The notes: a model not told the origin generated them from the sequence alone. Shown: positions 47,061 to 57,012, counted from the stretch's first letter. The stretch: DNA of 64,000 bases from Candidatus Parcubacteria bacterium (GCA_019658995.1 JAIFWN010000003.1:2436-66435); one strand, 5' to 3'. Program-made: numbers and translations.

Positions 47061-47120
47061 TCCACAGGGCTTTTGACCGGTTTTTCACCTAGAATATGGA
47101 TACAAACAGAGTAATTTTCT

Positions 47121-49757
47121 ATGGTTATATTTGTCACAAGACGAGACGGCACCAAGGAGCCCTGGAATGCCGATTACATCAACCGCTCCATACAGAGAGA
47201 GACAAAGGGCCTGCCTGATCCCATAGCCAAAGTCATACAGATAGCCAATGACACGCGCCTGACCGTCTATGATGGCATCACTACCGACGAGATGGACGTG
47301 GCTACCATCAACGCCGCTATCCAAAATATCAAGGATGATACTGATTACGACATCATAGCCAAGAGATTGCTGTTGAAGACCATATATAAGAAGGTGGTCG
47401 GCCACTACAAGTCAGATGACCGCGCCGAACTGATCATCAAGCATCGCGACGGCTTCATCAACTTCGTCAAATCCGGCGTAGAGGCCGGACGGCTCCATCC
47501 CTTTATGATAGAGAAGTTTGATCTGGAGCGTATTACCGATGCCATGAATCTCGACCGCGACGAGCTCTTCCTATACTCAGGGCTCGACGGTCTCATGAAC
47601 CGCTACGGCATGAAGGACGCTGACCAGAAGCCGCTAGAGACTCCTCAGTACATTTTCATGCGCGTAGCCATGGGACTTTCATATAACGAAGACGATCCAA
47701 CCGCCTGGGCTGTCCGCTTCTATGACAAACTTTCCAAACACGAGTACATGGCCGGAGGTTCGACCATGCTCGGATCCGGTACAGTACGCTCCTCACTGTC
47801 TAACTGCTTCCTTCTTGAGATACATGACGACATGGAGCATATTGCCAAGTCGGTCTCGGACGTCATGCTTCTTTCCAAGGGTTCCGGCGGATTGGGCGCA
47901 TCGGTAACCAAACTTCGCGCAGCCGGCTCGCCGCTGAAAAGCAACTTCGGAGGATCATCGACCGGTCCGGTGACTTTCGCCAAGATTATCGACACCGCCA
48001 TCCGCGCCATTCAGCGCGGGGGGAAGAAGAAGGGAGCATTGTGTTTCTATATGGAAAACTGGCACCTCGATTTCCCGGACTTCCTCGACTGGAAGCATAA
48101 TGCCGGGGATGACTACCTGCGTATGCGTACCGCCAACACTGCCGCTTATATTTCCGATGAATTCATGAAGCGAGTGAAGGCGGGCGAGGATTGGTACCTC
48201 TTCGATCCGGCCGAGACTCCGGACTTGAACGAGATGTACGGCAAAGTCTTCTCCAAGCGTTATGCCGAATATGTGGATATGGCCGAGAAAGGTCAAATAC
48301 GGGCCTGGAAGAAGATGCCCGCCCGCGAGCTTTGGAGGAAGACCTTGGTAGCCCTCCAGACTACTTCCCACCCGTGGATCACCTGGAAGGACCCCATCAA
48401 TCTCCGGGCACTCAACAACAATATGGGTACCATCCATATGTCGAACCTGTGCACAGAGATCTGCCTCCACCAGGACAAAGACAACATAGCCGTATGTAAC
48501 CTCGCTTCGTTAAACCTAGCCGCGCATGTCTCGGAGAAGCAGGTCAACTGGCAGAAACTCGAGGAGTCGGTCCGTCTTGCCGTCCGCCAGCTGGACAATC
48601 TCATAGATATCAACAAGCTCCCCGTCAAAGAAGCCGAGAAGAGCGATAAGGAGAACCGCGCCATCGGGCTCGGGGTTATGGGCTTGGCCGATGTCTTCGA
48701 ACGCCTTGGCTTGTCATATGATTCCGTCCATGCGCATAACTTTACTGACCGTATCTTCGAATTTGTTTCCTACATGGCTATCGACGAGAGTACCAATCTG
48801 GCCCGCGAGAGAGGCAACTATCCGAATTTCGAAGGCAGCCGCTGGTCCAAGGGTATGGTGCCTGTGGATACCCTGGAAATTCTCGAGGAGCGCCGCGGCG
48901 TGCCGCTTACCGTCGATAAGGAGAGCCATCATCGCGGACTCGACTGGAACATCCTGCGCGAGAAGGTTAAGACCGGTATCAGGAACTGTACACTCATGGC
49001 CGTGGCTCCGAATGCCAACATCGGCCTGGTTGTCGGTACGGTACCGGGCATCGATGCCCGCTTCTCCCAAGTCTTCTCGCGCAACAAGATCAGCGGCAAA
49101 TACCTGGATATCAATCACAACCTCGTGCGCGATCTCAAGAACATGGATCTCTGGGAGAAGGTCAAGGGCCGCATCATCGAGCTCCAGGGCGATATCTCCT
49201 CGATCGAAGAGATACCGGACCACATCAAAGATATTTATAAAACTTCCTTCACTACCTCCGCCTATGCTTATATAGAGGTGGCCGCAAGAGCGCAGAAGTG
49301 GGTTGATCAGGCTCTCTCGCGCAACATGTACCTCGAGACTCGGGATATCGACGAGACGATGAAGATTTATGAGACTGCCTGGGAGAAAGGTGTAAAGACT
49401 ACTTACTACCTCCACATGAAGCCACGCCATACCGCCGAGCAGTCGACTGTGGCAGTCAACAAGGGTACTGCCATGGGCAAGAAGGGCTTCGCCGCCCTCA
49501 AAACTGTGCCAGTAGCCGCCACTCCGAGCGCTCCGGTATGGAACAAGACCGCAATCCAGCCGAAACTCATAGAATCCGTCGAAGTATCGAAGATCTCCGA
49601 GAAGCCGGTTGAGTCCGGACAGGTTGTAACGGTTGCTTCCCGTGAGCCGGAAACGGTGAGAGTCGAGCCAAGCGTGCCAGCAGAGTCCAGACAAGGCTTG
49701 GTCGTGCACATGCCGGAGAATCCCGCAGACGCCAATATCTGCGATAGTTGTCAGTAA
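47121..49757 (+). CDS. nrdA: Class I ribonucleotide reductase alpha subunit with ATP cone
   Basis: VTRRDG ATP cone, SNCFL, SNLCTEI, AVCNLAS, TTYYL, C-terminal CDSCQ. Confidence 0.96.
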   Translation: MVIFVTRRDGTKEPWNADYINRSIQRETKGLPDPIAKVIQIANDTRLTVYDGITTDEMDVATINAAIQNIKDDTDYDIIAKRLLLKTIYKKVVGHYKSDDRAELIIKHRDGFINFVKSGVEAGRLHPFMIEKFDLERITDAMNLDRDELFLYSGLDGLMNRYGMKDADQKPLETPQYIFMRVAMGLSYNEDDPTAWAVRFYDKLSKHEYMAGGSTMLGSGTVRSSLSNCFLLEIHDDMEHIAKSVSDVMLLSKGSGGLGASVTKLRAAGSPLKSNFGGSSTGPVTFAKIIDTAIRAIQRGGKKKGALCFYMENWHLDFPDFLDWKHNAGDDYLRMRTANTAAYISDEFMKRVKAGEDWYLFDPAETPDLNEMYGKVFSKRYAEYVDMAEKGQIRAWKKMPARELWRKTLVALQTTSHPWITWKDPINLRALNNNMGTIHMSNLCTEICLHQDKDNIAVCNLASLNLAAHVSEKQVNWQKLEESVRLAVRQLDNLIDINKLPVKEAEKSDKENRAIGLGVMGLADVFERLGLSYDSVHAHNFTDRIFEFVSYMAIDESTNLARERGNYPNFEGSRWSKGMVPVDTLEILEERRGVPLTVDKESHHRGLDWNILREKVKTGIRNCTLMAVAPNANIGLVVGTVPGIDARFSQVFSRNKISGKYLDINHNLVRDLKNMDLWEKVKGRIIELQGDISSIEEIPDHIKDIYKTSFTTSAYAYIEVAARAQKWVDQALSRNMYLETRDIDETMKIYETAWEKGVKTTYYLHMKPRHTAEQSTVAVNKGTAMGKKGFAALKTVPVAATPSAPVWNKTAIQPKLIESVEVSKISEKPVESGQVVTVASREPETVRVEPSVPAESRQGLVVHMPENPADANICDSCQ

Positions 49758-49784
49758 TTAATATTTGCAAATAAATAAAACAGA

Positions 49785-50825
49785 ATGCTCATAGGGAAAG
49801 CCAGTCCGGACGACATGAATCTGCATCCCATCCGCTACCAGTGGGCTTATGATCTCTATAATCAGGCAGTCAGGAATACCTGGTTCCCGCACGAAATTGC
49901 TCTCAAGGAAGATCTCGATGACTGGGAGAAGATGACGGAAGACGAGAGGCATGCCGTCAAATTCCTTATGGCCTTCTTCAATCCGGCGGAGCTCATCGTC
50001 AACCGTTCCATAGCTCTCGGTATCTATCCCTATCTCAAATCTCCCGAAGCGCACCTATATCTGGCCAAACAGATGTGGGAGGAGGCCAACCACTGTGTGG
50101 CCTTTGAATATGTTTTGCAGACTTTTCCCTTTGACCGCGAGAATATCTTCCAGCTCCACTTAAGTGTGCCTTCGATGGCCGCCAAAGAAGAGTACATAAA
50201 TAAATATATGAGGAGGATGACGGAAGAGACACTGAACATTGAGACCATGGACGGCAAGAAGGACTTTCTCAGGAATCTCGTGGCTACTAATATAGTTATG
50301 GAAGGTATCTGGTTCTACTCTGGCTTTATGGTGGCCTTGAGCTTCCGCCAAAGGAATCAGCTCCGTAACTTCGGCTCGATGATCAACTGGGTTCTTCGCG
50401 ACGAGTCTCTCCATCTCAAGTTCGGCATGAACCTGGTCCACAATATTTTGGAGGAGAATCAGGAACTTCTTACCGAGGATTTCGCCGCCGAGATCCGCGA
50501 TATCATCATCGAGGGTGTGAACCTCGAGACGCAGTACAACAAAGATCTTTTCCCTCAAGGCATTCTCGGCCTCAATGCCGATTACGTGAACCAGTATGTG
50601 CAGTATGTCGCCGACAGACGCTTGGAGGAGCTTGGACTGCCAAAGTTCTACAATGCCACCAACCCGGCCAAGTGGATGTCTACCGCTACCGACGTCTACG
50701 AGCTCGTCAATTTCTTCGAAGCCCAGAATACCTCTTACGAGGTTGATGGCCACAGCGCTTCGGTCAAGAAAGAAGAGTACAAAGAGCCAACCGCCCCGGC
50801 TATACCTGCCGGAGTAGGGGAATAA
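49785..50825 (+). CDS. nrdB: Class I ribonucleotide reductase beta subunit (class Ic-like)
   Basis: WFPHEI, FFNPAE, EEANHCVAF, MEGIWFYSGF, RDESLH, NFFE...Y. Confidence 0.95.
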   Translation: MLIGKASPDDMNLHPIRYQWAYDLYNQAVRNTWFPHEIALKEDLDDWEKMTEDERHAVKFLMAFFNPAELIVNRSIALGIYPYLKSPEAHLYLAKQMWEEANHCVAFEYVLQTFPFDRENIFQLHLSVPSMAAKEEYINKYMRRMTEETLNIETMDGKKDFLRNLVATNIVMEGIWFYSGFMVALSFRQRNQLRNFGSMINWVLRDESLHLKFGMNLVHNILEENQELLTEDFAAEIRDIIIEGVNLETQYNKDLFPQGILGLNADYVNQYVQYVADRRLEELGLPKFYNATNPAKWMSTATDVYELVNFFEAQNTSYEVDGHSASVKKEEYKEPTAPAIPAGVGE

Positions 50826-50831
50826 GAGATA

Positions 50832-50861
50832 AAACGAAAGGTGCGTCTTGCGACGCACCTT
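50832..50861 (-). terminator. Intrinsic terminator between convergent genes
   Basis: AAGGTGCGTC-GCAA-GACGCACCTT followed by TCGTTTT on the minus strand. Confidence 0.8.
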
Positions 50862-50877
50862 GGTAGCAACCTTCTTC

Positions 50878-51048
50878 TCAAAGAAGAAGTATCGCAATGA
50901 GCATGCTGCCGAGTCCCCAGCGTACAGCGCTGCCGAAGTTCCTGGAGTCTGCGGCCCTGGCTGATCTTGAGATAAATGCCCAACATATCAGGAGTACCAG
51001 GGCTTGCATCATCAATGCTCCTGCGATTTTCTGAGTCTCCGCATCCAT
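50878..51048 (-). CDS. 56-aa two-helix membrane protein, not in ORF track
   Basis: Manual translation: MDAETQKIAGALMMQALVLLICWAFISRSARAADSRNFGSAVRWGLGSMLIAILLL. GGAG SD, own promoter and terminator. Confidence 0.65.
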   Translation of the reverse strand: MDAETQKIAGALMMQALVLLICWAFISRSARAADSRNFGSAVRWGLGSMLIAILLL

Positions 51049-51084
51049 TGCCTGTCTCCAAAAAGAGGTTTGTGATCCTTTATA

Positions 51085-51114
51085 ATTATACTACATATAC
51101 TATGAGTTTGTCAA
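51085..51114 (-). promoter_or_regulatory. Sigma70 promoter
   Basis: TTGACA-N18-TATAAT on the minus strand. Confidence 0.8.
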
Positions 51115-51162
51115 GTAGAAAGAGTAGGGCTTAAATTAAGCTCAGGATGATACAATTTACCC

Positions 51163-52152
51163 ATGACTATACGAGTAGCAATTAACGGCTTTGGGCGCAT
51201 CGGCAGGGCGTTTTATAAACTAGCAAAGGAGAATCCGGACCTTGAGGTTGTGGCGGTCAACGACTTGGCTCAAAAGGAGAATATCGAGTATCTTCTGAAA
51301 TTCGATACCGTTTACGGCCAGTGGAAAGGTAAATTGGATGCCAAGTATCTCTCAGAGCCCGAGCCATCTCGTCTCCCTTGGAAGGATTTGAACATTGATG
51401 TAGTGGTCGAAGCTACTGGTCGCTATACGACCTACGCCACCGCCAAAGCCCATCTTGATGCCGGGGCCAAGCGCGTGGTGGTAACCGCGCCGATGAAGGA
51501 TGATCCGGTGCCGGGAGTAGAAGGCGCTACGGTGCTTCTTGGTATCAATGAGGATAAATTCGAGACTTGCGAGATCACTTCGAACGCTTCTTGTACCACC
51601 AATGCCGCTTCTCCTGTACTGGCTATCCTCGACGAAGCGCTCGGAGTGGAGAAAGCTATATTGAATACCGTCCACTCTTATACAGCGAGCCAGGGAATCG
51701 TAGATGGCCCGAACAAGAAGGATTGGCGAGAGGGCCGTGCGGCGGCGCAAAACATCGTGCCATCGAGTACCGGAGCAGCTATAGCCGTTGGCAAAGCTCT
51801 CACACAGCTTGATGGCAAGTTCGACGGAATCTCTATCCGCGTGCCCACGGTTATCGGCTCGATTGCCGATATCACCTTCATCTCCAAACGCGATACGACT
51901 GTAGAAGAAGTGAACCAGATCATGACCAAGGCTTCACACACGGATAAGTGGAAAAATATTTTCGAAGTGACAGATGAACCGATTGTCTCCTCCGATGTGC
52001 GCGACGCGGCACATGCCTCTATCGCCGATCTCGCCTTCACCCGAGTAGTTGGCGGCAACTTAGTGAAAGTCTTGGCTTGGTATGACAATGAGATGGGGTA
52101 TACGCATACTCTTATAGAGCATGTGGTGAAGTCAGGGTCGAAAATAAAATGA
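51163..52152 (+). CDS. gap: Glyceraldehyde-3-phosphate dehydrogenase type I
   Basis: INGFGRIGR, SNASCTTN, NIVPSSTGAA, AWYDNEMGY. Confidence 0.97.
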   Translation: MTIRVAINGFGRIGRAFYKLAKENPDLEVVAVNDLAQKENIEYLLKFDTVYGQWKGKLDAKYLSEPEPSRLPWKDLNIDVVVEATGRYTTYATAKAHLDAGAKRVVVTAPMKDDPVPGVEGATVLLGINEDKFETCEITSNASCTTNAASPVLAILDEALGVEKAILNTVHSYTASQGIVDGPNKKDWREGRAAAQNIVPSSTGAAIAVGKALTQLDGKFDGISIRVPTVIGSIADITFISKRDTTVEEVNQIMTKASHTDKWKNIFEVTDEPIVSSDVRDAAHASIADLAFTRVVGGNLVKVLAWYDNEMGYTHTLIEHVVKSGSKIK

Positions 52153-52787
52153 AAACTTGGATTAAAAGCGGACTAATATTAGGAGTCCTCTCGGTCACCA
52201 TTTCTCTTGCAGGTAGCATACCACTAGTCGTAGATTACTTATCAGTCGAGCAAGGACTCGGGTATGTAGATCACGCCACTTTCATACCCCAGCTTGTTGT
52301 TGTGGTTGCTCGTTTACCGCTTCTGCCGGTGCCTCGCCCTGCCGAGTTATGGATGGAGAGGGCGATGGGTGGGTATGTTTTTAGCATTTTTATGACCTTA
52401 TTGGCTGGATTTGGGTGGCTTGCTCTAAGTTGGATCGTACATCTTATTTGGTCACGATTAGGTGACTACAAGTACAGAGTCAGATCACTTTTGTTTAGCA
52501 GATTTACCCTACTTTTCGCTGTCGTGCCTCCTATCCTGTTTCTATTGGCAGTATCTATTACAGAAATGGCGGGAGAATTTTGGGGAGGCCTTCTTGCTAT
52601 TATGTTAATAATCCTTACTTACCCGGCTTTCCTGCTCAGTGGTGTGTTGGAAAGAATTCATGGCCCATTGGGTATTTATTATCCGAGTGATATCAATTTG
52701 ATACATTTGTCCGCCCTAACCTTCCTGATTGGGGGATATGTAATTGGGGTATTTGCCAACTATATTCGTAGAAATCTAGAGGAGTAA
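52149..52787 (+). CDS. Hypothetical multi-pass membrane protein
   Basis: Five to six hydrophobic segments. Overlaps the gap stop. T-rich. Confidence 0.6.
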   Translation: MKTWIKSGLILGVLSVTISLAGSIPLVVDYLSVEQGLGYVDHATFIPQLVVVVARLPLLPVPRPAELWMERAMGGYVFSIFMTLLAGFGWLALSWIVHLIWSRLGDYKYRVRSLLFSRFTLLFAVVPPILFLLAVSITEMAGEFWGGLLAIMLIILTYPAFLLSGVLERIHGPLGIYYPSDINLIHLSALTFLIGGYVIGVFANYIRRNLEE

Positions 52788-52789
52788 AT

Positions 52790-53227
52790 ATGAAAATTTA
52801 TATTGGTAGCGATCATTCCGGGTTCGAACTCAAGGAGAAACTGATCCCTTTCTTGCGCGACCTCGGACATGAAGTGGAGGATAAGGGACCGCACCAGTTC
52901 GACAAGGATGATGATTACCCGGACTTTATCCGACCGGTGGCCGAAGCGGTGGCTCGCGATATCGAGGCCAAAGGAATCATTATCGGTAAATCCGGTGAAG
53001 GCGAGGCAATGGCGGCAAATAGAGAGAGGGGGGTACGTGCGGCAGTCTACTATGGCAATAACTTGGAAGTGCTGAAGCTCTCCAGAGAACACAATGATGC
53101 TAACGTGCTCTCGCTTGCTGCGGGTTTCGTACCGGCAGACGAAGCCGCCTCGGCAGTGAAGCTCTGGCTCAATACTCCTTTTTCCGAAGAAGAGAGACAT
53201 ATAAGGCGCATAGCGAAACTGGATTAA
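52790..53227 (+). CDS. rpiB: Ribose-5-phosphate isomerase B
   Basis: IGSDHSG, DDYPD, SGEGEAMAAN, REHNDANVL, RHIRRI. Confidence 0.93.
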   Translation: MKIYIGSDHSGFELKEKLIPFLRDLGHEVEDKGPHQFDKDDDYPDFIRPVAEAVARDIEAKGIIIGKSGEGEAMAANRERGVRAAVYYGNNLEVLKLSREHNDANVLSLAAGFVPADEAASAVKLWLNTPFSEEERHIRRIAKLD

Positions 53228-53761
53228 ATGGAGATAATCCCCGCGATTCTGGAGAAAAACGAAGAAGATTTCATAAATGCAGTTGCTTTTTTGCCGCCGG
53301 AAGTGAAGTTTGTGCATGTAGACGTGCTGGAAGATGATGTCTGGGCTCCGATCGAGAGAGATTTTGAAGCGCATCTAATGGTGGAAGATCCCGAAGAGAT
53401 ATTCGATATATGGAAGGAAAGGGGAGCAAAGCGGATTATTGCGCATAAGATATTACCGAAGACCGAAGGTATGGAGGTCGGTTTAGGATTAGAAATGCAT
53501 ATACCAATCACGGACGAAGTTTTTGGGGCCGACTTCGTGCATCTAATGTCTATAGCCAAGATTGGTGAGCAGGGACACCCCTTAGACGAGCGCATCTTTG
53601 ATAGAATAAGAGAGGTCAAAGAAAGATTCCCCGGCAAAATCATATCTGTCGACGGCGGTATAAACATATCGAATTACGAAAAACTAATTGAAGCCGGTGC
53701 GGACAGGCTGGTAGTGGGTTCAGGATTCAAAGAACTATGGACATTACAGATGAAAAAGTAA
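53228..53761 (+). CDS. rpe: Ribulose-phosphate 3-epimerase (compact)
   Basis: IIPAIL, HVDV, EAHLMV, VDGGIN, VVGS. Confidence 0.88.
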   Translation: MEIIPAILEKNEEDFINAVAFLPPEVKFVHVDVLEDDVWAPIERDFEAHLMVEDPEEIFDIWKERGAKRIIAHKILPKTEGMEVGLGLEMHIPITDEVFGADFVHLMSIAKIGEQGHPLDERIFDRIREVKERFPGKIISVDGGINISNYEKLIEAGADRLVVGSGFKELWTLQMKK

Positions 53762-54600
53762 CAGAACTGGAGAAGCGCGCGAATGACATTCGCATCTCCA
53801 TTATTAATATGCTCCTAGAGGCTAAGAGCGGCCATACCGCCGGGCCTCTTGGCATGGCTGACATCTTTACCGTACTTTTCTTCCATATTCTTAAACATAA
53901 ACCCAAAGATCCCAAGTGGCCGGAGCGAGACAGGCTGGTGCTTAGTAACGGCCATATTTGCCCGGTTTATTACTCAACTCTGGCACATGCTGGGTATATC
54001 CCCATGGAAGAACTAAGAACTTTGAGGAAGTTCGGCTCACGCCTGCAGGGTCATCCGCACAGAGATTTCTTGCCTTACCTTGAGTCATCATCCGGACCGC
54101 TTGGATCCGGCCTCTCACAAGCCGTTGGCATGGCTCTGGCTGACAGAATGGATGCAAAGGAAGATAAGAGAAGAATCTATGCGCTCCTCTCCGACGGTGA
54201 GCACGACTCAGGACAGCTCTGGGAGGCTGCTATGCTTGCAGGTAAGAACAAATTGCGCAATCTCACCGCTGTTGTAGACAGGAACAATATTCAGATAGAC
54301 GGCTTCACCGAAGACGTGATGCCCCTGGAGTCCTTATCAGACAGATGGCGAGCCTGGAACTGGCATGTGATTGAGATTGATGGCCACAACATTCGTGAGA
54401 TTGTTGATGCCTTCAATAAGGCCAAGACCATATATGAAAAGCCTACCGTCATCATCGCCCATACCATACCAGGGAAGGGAGTGAAAGAGTTTGAGCGAGA
54501 CTACCGCTGGCATGGCAAGCCGCCGAATGTTGAGGAAGCCAAAATGGCTTTACACGAGCTCCGTACTCTCGGCGGCAAAATAAGAAGCGAACATCAATAA
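53737..54600 (+). CDS. tkt: Transketolase N-terminal subunit
   Basis: SGH, RDRLVLSNGH, LQGHP, GPLGSG, SDGEHDSG...N TPP motif, WHGK. Confidence 0.93.
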   Translation: MDITDEKVTELEKRANDIRISIINMLLEAKSGHTAGPLGMADIFTVLFFHILKHKPKDPKWPERDRLVLSNGHICPVYYSTLAHAGYIPMEELRTLRKFGSRLQGHPHRDFLPYLESSSGPLGSGLSQAVGMALADRMDAKEDKRRIYALLSDGEHDSGQLWEAAMLAGKNKLRNLTAVVDRNNIQIDGFTEDVMPLESLSDRWRAWNWHVIEIDGHNIREIVDAFNKAKTIYEKPTVIIAHTIPGKGVKEFERDYRWHGKPPNVEEAKMALHELRTLGGKIRSEHQ

Positions 54601-55577
54601 TGCTCAATCCTGATTTGAAATTGAATGAAAAGCTATTCGACAAAGATGTCGAGCAAGTACCGATACGCAAAGGCTTTGGCGAAGGGCTTGTGAAGGCGGG
54701 AGAAGAGAACCCACAAGTTGTCGTGCTCTGTGCCGACCTGACCGAATCCGCACAGGCCCTGGCTTTCAAGGAAAAATTTCCAAATAGATTCGTAGAAATA
54801 GGTGTGGCGGAACAGAACTTGGCTTCGGTAGCCTCAGGCATGGCGGCAATGGGCAAGATTCCATTTATCACTTCGTACGCAATGTTTAGCCCTGGCCGCA
54901 ACTGGGAGCAGATCCGCACGACCATTGCGTACAATAACCGGCCAGTGAAGATCGCCGGCTCTCATGCCGGCATCAGTGTAGGTCCGGATGGCGGCACACA
55001 TCAGGCCATTGAGGATATCGCTATTACCAGAGTCATTCCGAGGATGGTTGTGATCTCACCCTGCGATGCTATTGAAGCGCGTAAGGCCACCGTAGCCGCA
55101 GCTAAGACAGATACGCCAGTATATATAAGACTGGCGCGCGAGAAGACCCCTGTCATGACTACGGATAAGACCCCCTTTGAGATCGGCAAAGCGCTAATAG
55201 TCTGGGAGTCTAAAAAGCCTAAAGTCGGCATCATTGCTACAGGCGCGCTCTTGTATAAAGCTCTTGAAGCGGCTAAGGAGCTCTCGGGAAAAATTGAAGT
55301 GGAGGTGATGAACCTATCGACTATTAAGCCCTTGGACGAAAAGGCTGTAATAGCTCTTGCTAAGAAGACTAAAAATATTGTGACGGTCGAAGAGCACCAG
55401 ATAAGGGGCGGCATGGGCAGCGCGGTGGCGGAGTGCCTGGCAAAACACTTTCCCGTGCCCATGAGGTTTATTGGAGTCGATGATCAGTTCGGTCAGTCCG
55501 GCACACCGGAAGAATTGATAGAGCACTACAGCATGGGCAAAACTGCTATAATTGAGGGGGTTAAAAGCCTTCTCTAA
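54600..55577 (+). CDS. tkt: Transketolase C-terminal subunit
   Basis: ADLTES, EIGVAEQN, GPDGGTHQAIED, TVEEH, FGQSG. Confidence 0.93.
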   Translation: MLNPDLKLNEKLFDKDVEQVPIRKGFGEGLVKAGEENPQVVVLCADLTESAQALAFKEKFPNRFVEIGVAEQNLASVASGMAAMGKIPFITSYAMFSPGRNWEQIRTTIAYNNRPVKIAGSHAGISVGPDGGTHQAIEDIAITRVIPRMVVISPCDAIEARKATVAAAKTDTPVYIRLAREKTPVMTTDKTPFEIGKALIVWESKKPKVGIIATGALLYKALEAAKELSGKIEVEVMNLSTIKPLDEKAVIALAKKTKNIVTVEEHQIRGGMGSAVAECLAKHFPVPMRFIGVDDQFGQSGTPEELIEHYSMGKTAIIEGVKSLL

Positions 55578-55581
55578 AATC

Positions 55582-56076
55582 ATGAAAAAATTGATACCAA
55601 TTGTGTTTGCGTTGGTAATAATCCCGCAGATTACTATGGCTGCGTGGTGGAAGCCATGGAGTTGGAACTGGGGATCTTTTATGCGCTCAGATAGAGCAAG
55701 TGAAGTGCTAAAGCAAAATGCCGAAAAGAAAGTTGAAAAAACTACCACCACAAAGCCTCAGCCGAAACCCTCTGTGGTTCCGGTCACTACATCGACTCCG
55801 GAAAGTCAGATCTCTAAAGTCGAAATTCGAGCAAATGGCACGAAAGGCTGGATAAGACAAACTGATAATGTAGTCATCTCTTGGACTTCGAATGCGAAGG
55901 AATGCACCTTAAGTCTTGAAGATATGGCTTATTCTGTTCCCGGCATAGGAAATAAAGATTTCAAGTTGAGTTTTTCCGGACCTTACGACACTAAACACCC
56001 AACTTTCTGGATCGGCTGCTATATTGATGGCAAATGGGTTTCAGATAATGTCGTTGTCGGTGGATTACTTCAATAG
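55582..56076 (+). CDS. Secreted hypothetical protein
   Basis: Signal peptide followed by AAWWKPWSW, P/T/K linker, small beta domain with two Cys. Confidence 0.7.
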   Translation: MKKLIPIVFALVIIPQITMAAWWKPWSWNWGSFMRSDRASEVLKQNAEKKVEKTTTTKPQPKPSVVPVTTSTPESQISKVEIRANGTKGWIRQTDNVVISWTSNAKECTLSLEDMAYSVPGIGNKDFKLSFSGPYDTKHPTFWIGCYIDGKWVSDNVVVGGLLQ

Positions 56077-57012
56077 TCTTTCAATCCCTTCTCGCGTAAG
56101 GAGACCTTTCTGAGCGCCGACTTGCTGTACGACTGACATAGAGTTAACTGCGCCCCAGGAGAGTGCCGTGAGTAGATCGTGACCAAGTGCCAAGGCTGCG
56201 ACGGTAGTGGATGCGAAGGCATCGCCGGCGCCGGTGCGCTCGAGCGGGGGTTTGGTATCCGGGAACGGCTTTTGGGAAATGACCTCTCTGCCATCATATG
56301 CATAAGCACCACTGGGTCCGTCCGTAAGTACCACAATCTTTGGTCCGAGTTCCCGCATGCGCTTGAGCAGTTCTTCCTTGCCTAGAGTGTTTATTCCTAA
56401 AATCTTCTCGGCCTCGGCTATATTGCAAAAAAAGATGGCTGTCCGTGCATAAACCTCTTTCAACTCCCTGCCCATGTTTATTTGGAAAGTGCCGGGCTGG
56501 AAAGCGAGCGAGGTCTCCGGATGCCTGTTCAAATACTCGACAATTTGTCTGTGGTAGTCGAGAGTGTCCTCACCCAGAGAAGAGAGATAAAGCCATTTCG
56601 GCGGCGCAAACTCCGGCAGTTTGTATTCATAAGCCTCGTGCTTCACGAGTATGGTGCGGTCATCCTCATACCAGAGCACATAATGGTGATTCGTGGTGTG
56701 TCCAGCATGAGTCTTTACTAATCCTACATCTACTTTGTTTGACTCAAGGGCCGCCAAGCACTCCTTGCCGAGTGCATCATCACCTAAATCAGCTATAAGG
56801 GCCGATGAAAGCCCTAAGCGGGCGGCCGAGACGGCGGCATTGGGGCTGTTGCCTACCGCATAAACATCCTCCGCAGAATCGAAGGGAATCTTTTCGCCGA
56901 ATGGCATTGTGATTGTGCATTTTTCCCTATCAATATCGCAGTGCACACTCGCATCCTTGAGCCTAATGAAAGTGTCTGTAACGATGTCGCCTATAGCCAC
57001 AAAATCGTGCAT
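56065..57012 (-). CDS. PfkB family carbohydrate kinase
   Basis: GNSPNAAVSAARLG, TDGPSG, ERTGAGDAF. Confidence 0.9.
   Translation of the reverse strand: MHDFVAIGDIVTDTFIRLKDASVHCDIDREKCTITMPFGEKIPFDSAEDVYAVGNSPNAAVSAARLGLSSALIADLGDDALGKECLAALESNKVDVGLVKTHAGHTTNHHYVLWYEDDRTILVKHEAYEYKLPEFAPPKWLYLSSLGEDTLDYHRQIVEYLNRHPETSLAFQPGTFQINMGRELKEVYARTAIFFCNIAEAEKILGINTLGKEELLKRMRELGPKIVVLTDGPSGAYAYDGREVISQKPFPDTKPPLERTGAGDAFASTTVAALALGHDLLTALSWGAVNSMSVVQQVGAQKGLLTREGIERLLK

Noticed and set aside
47085-47110. Possible NrdR box upstream of nrdA
   Set aside because: Only a weak partial match to the palindromic consensus, and no tandem second box.
50735-51061. 108-aa minus-strand track ORF
   Set aside because: Overlaps nrdB and the terminator. 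The 56-aa ORF in another frame has the SD and membrane-protein character.
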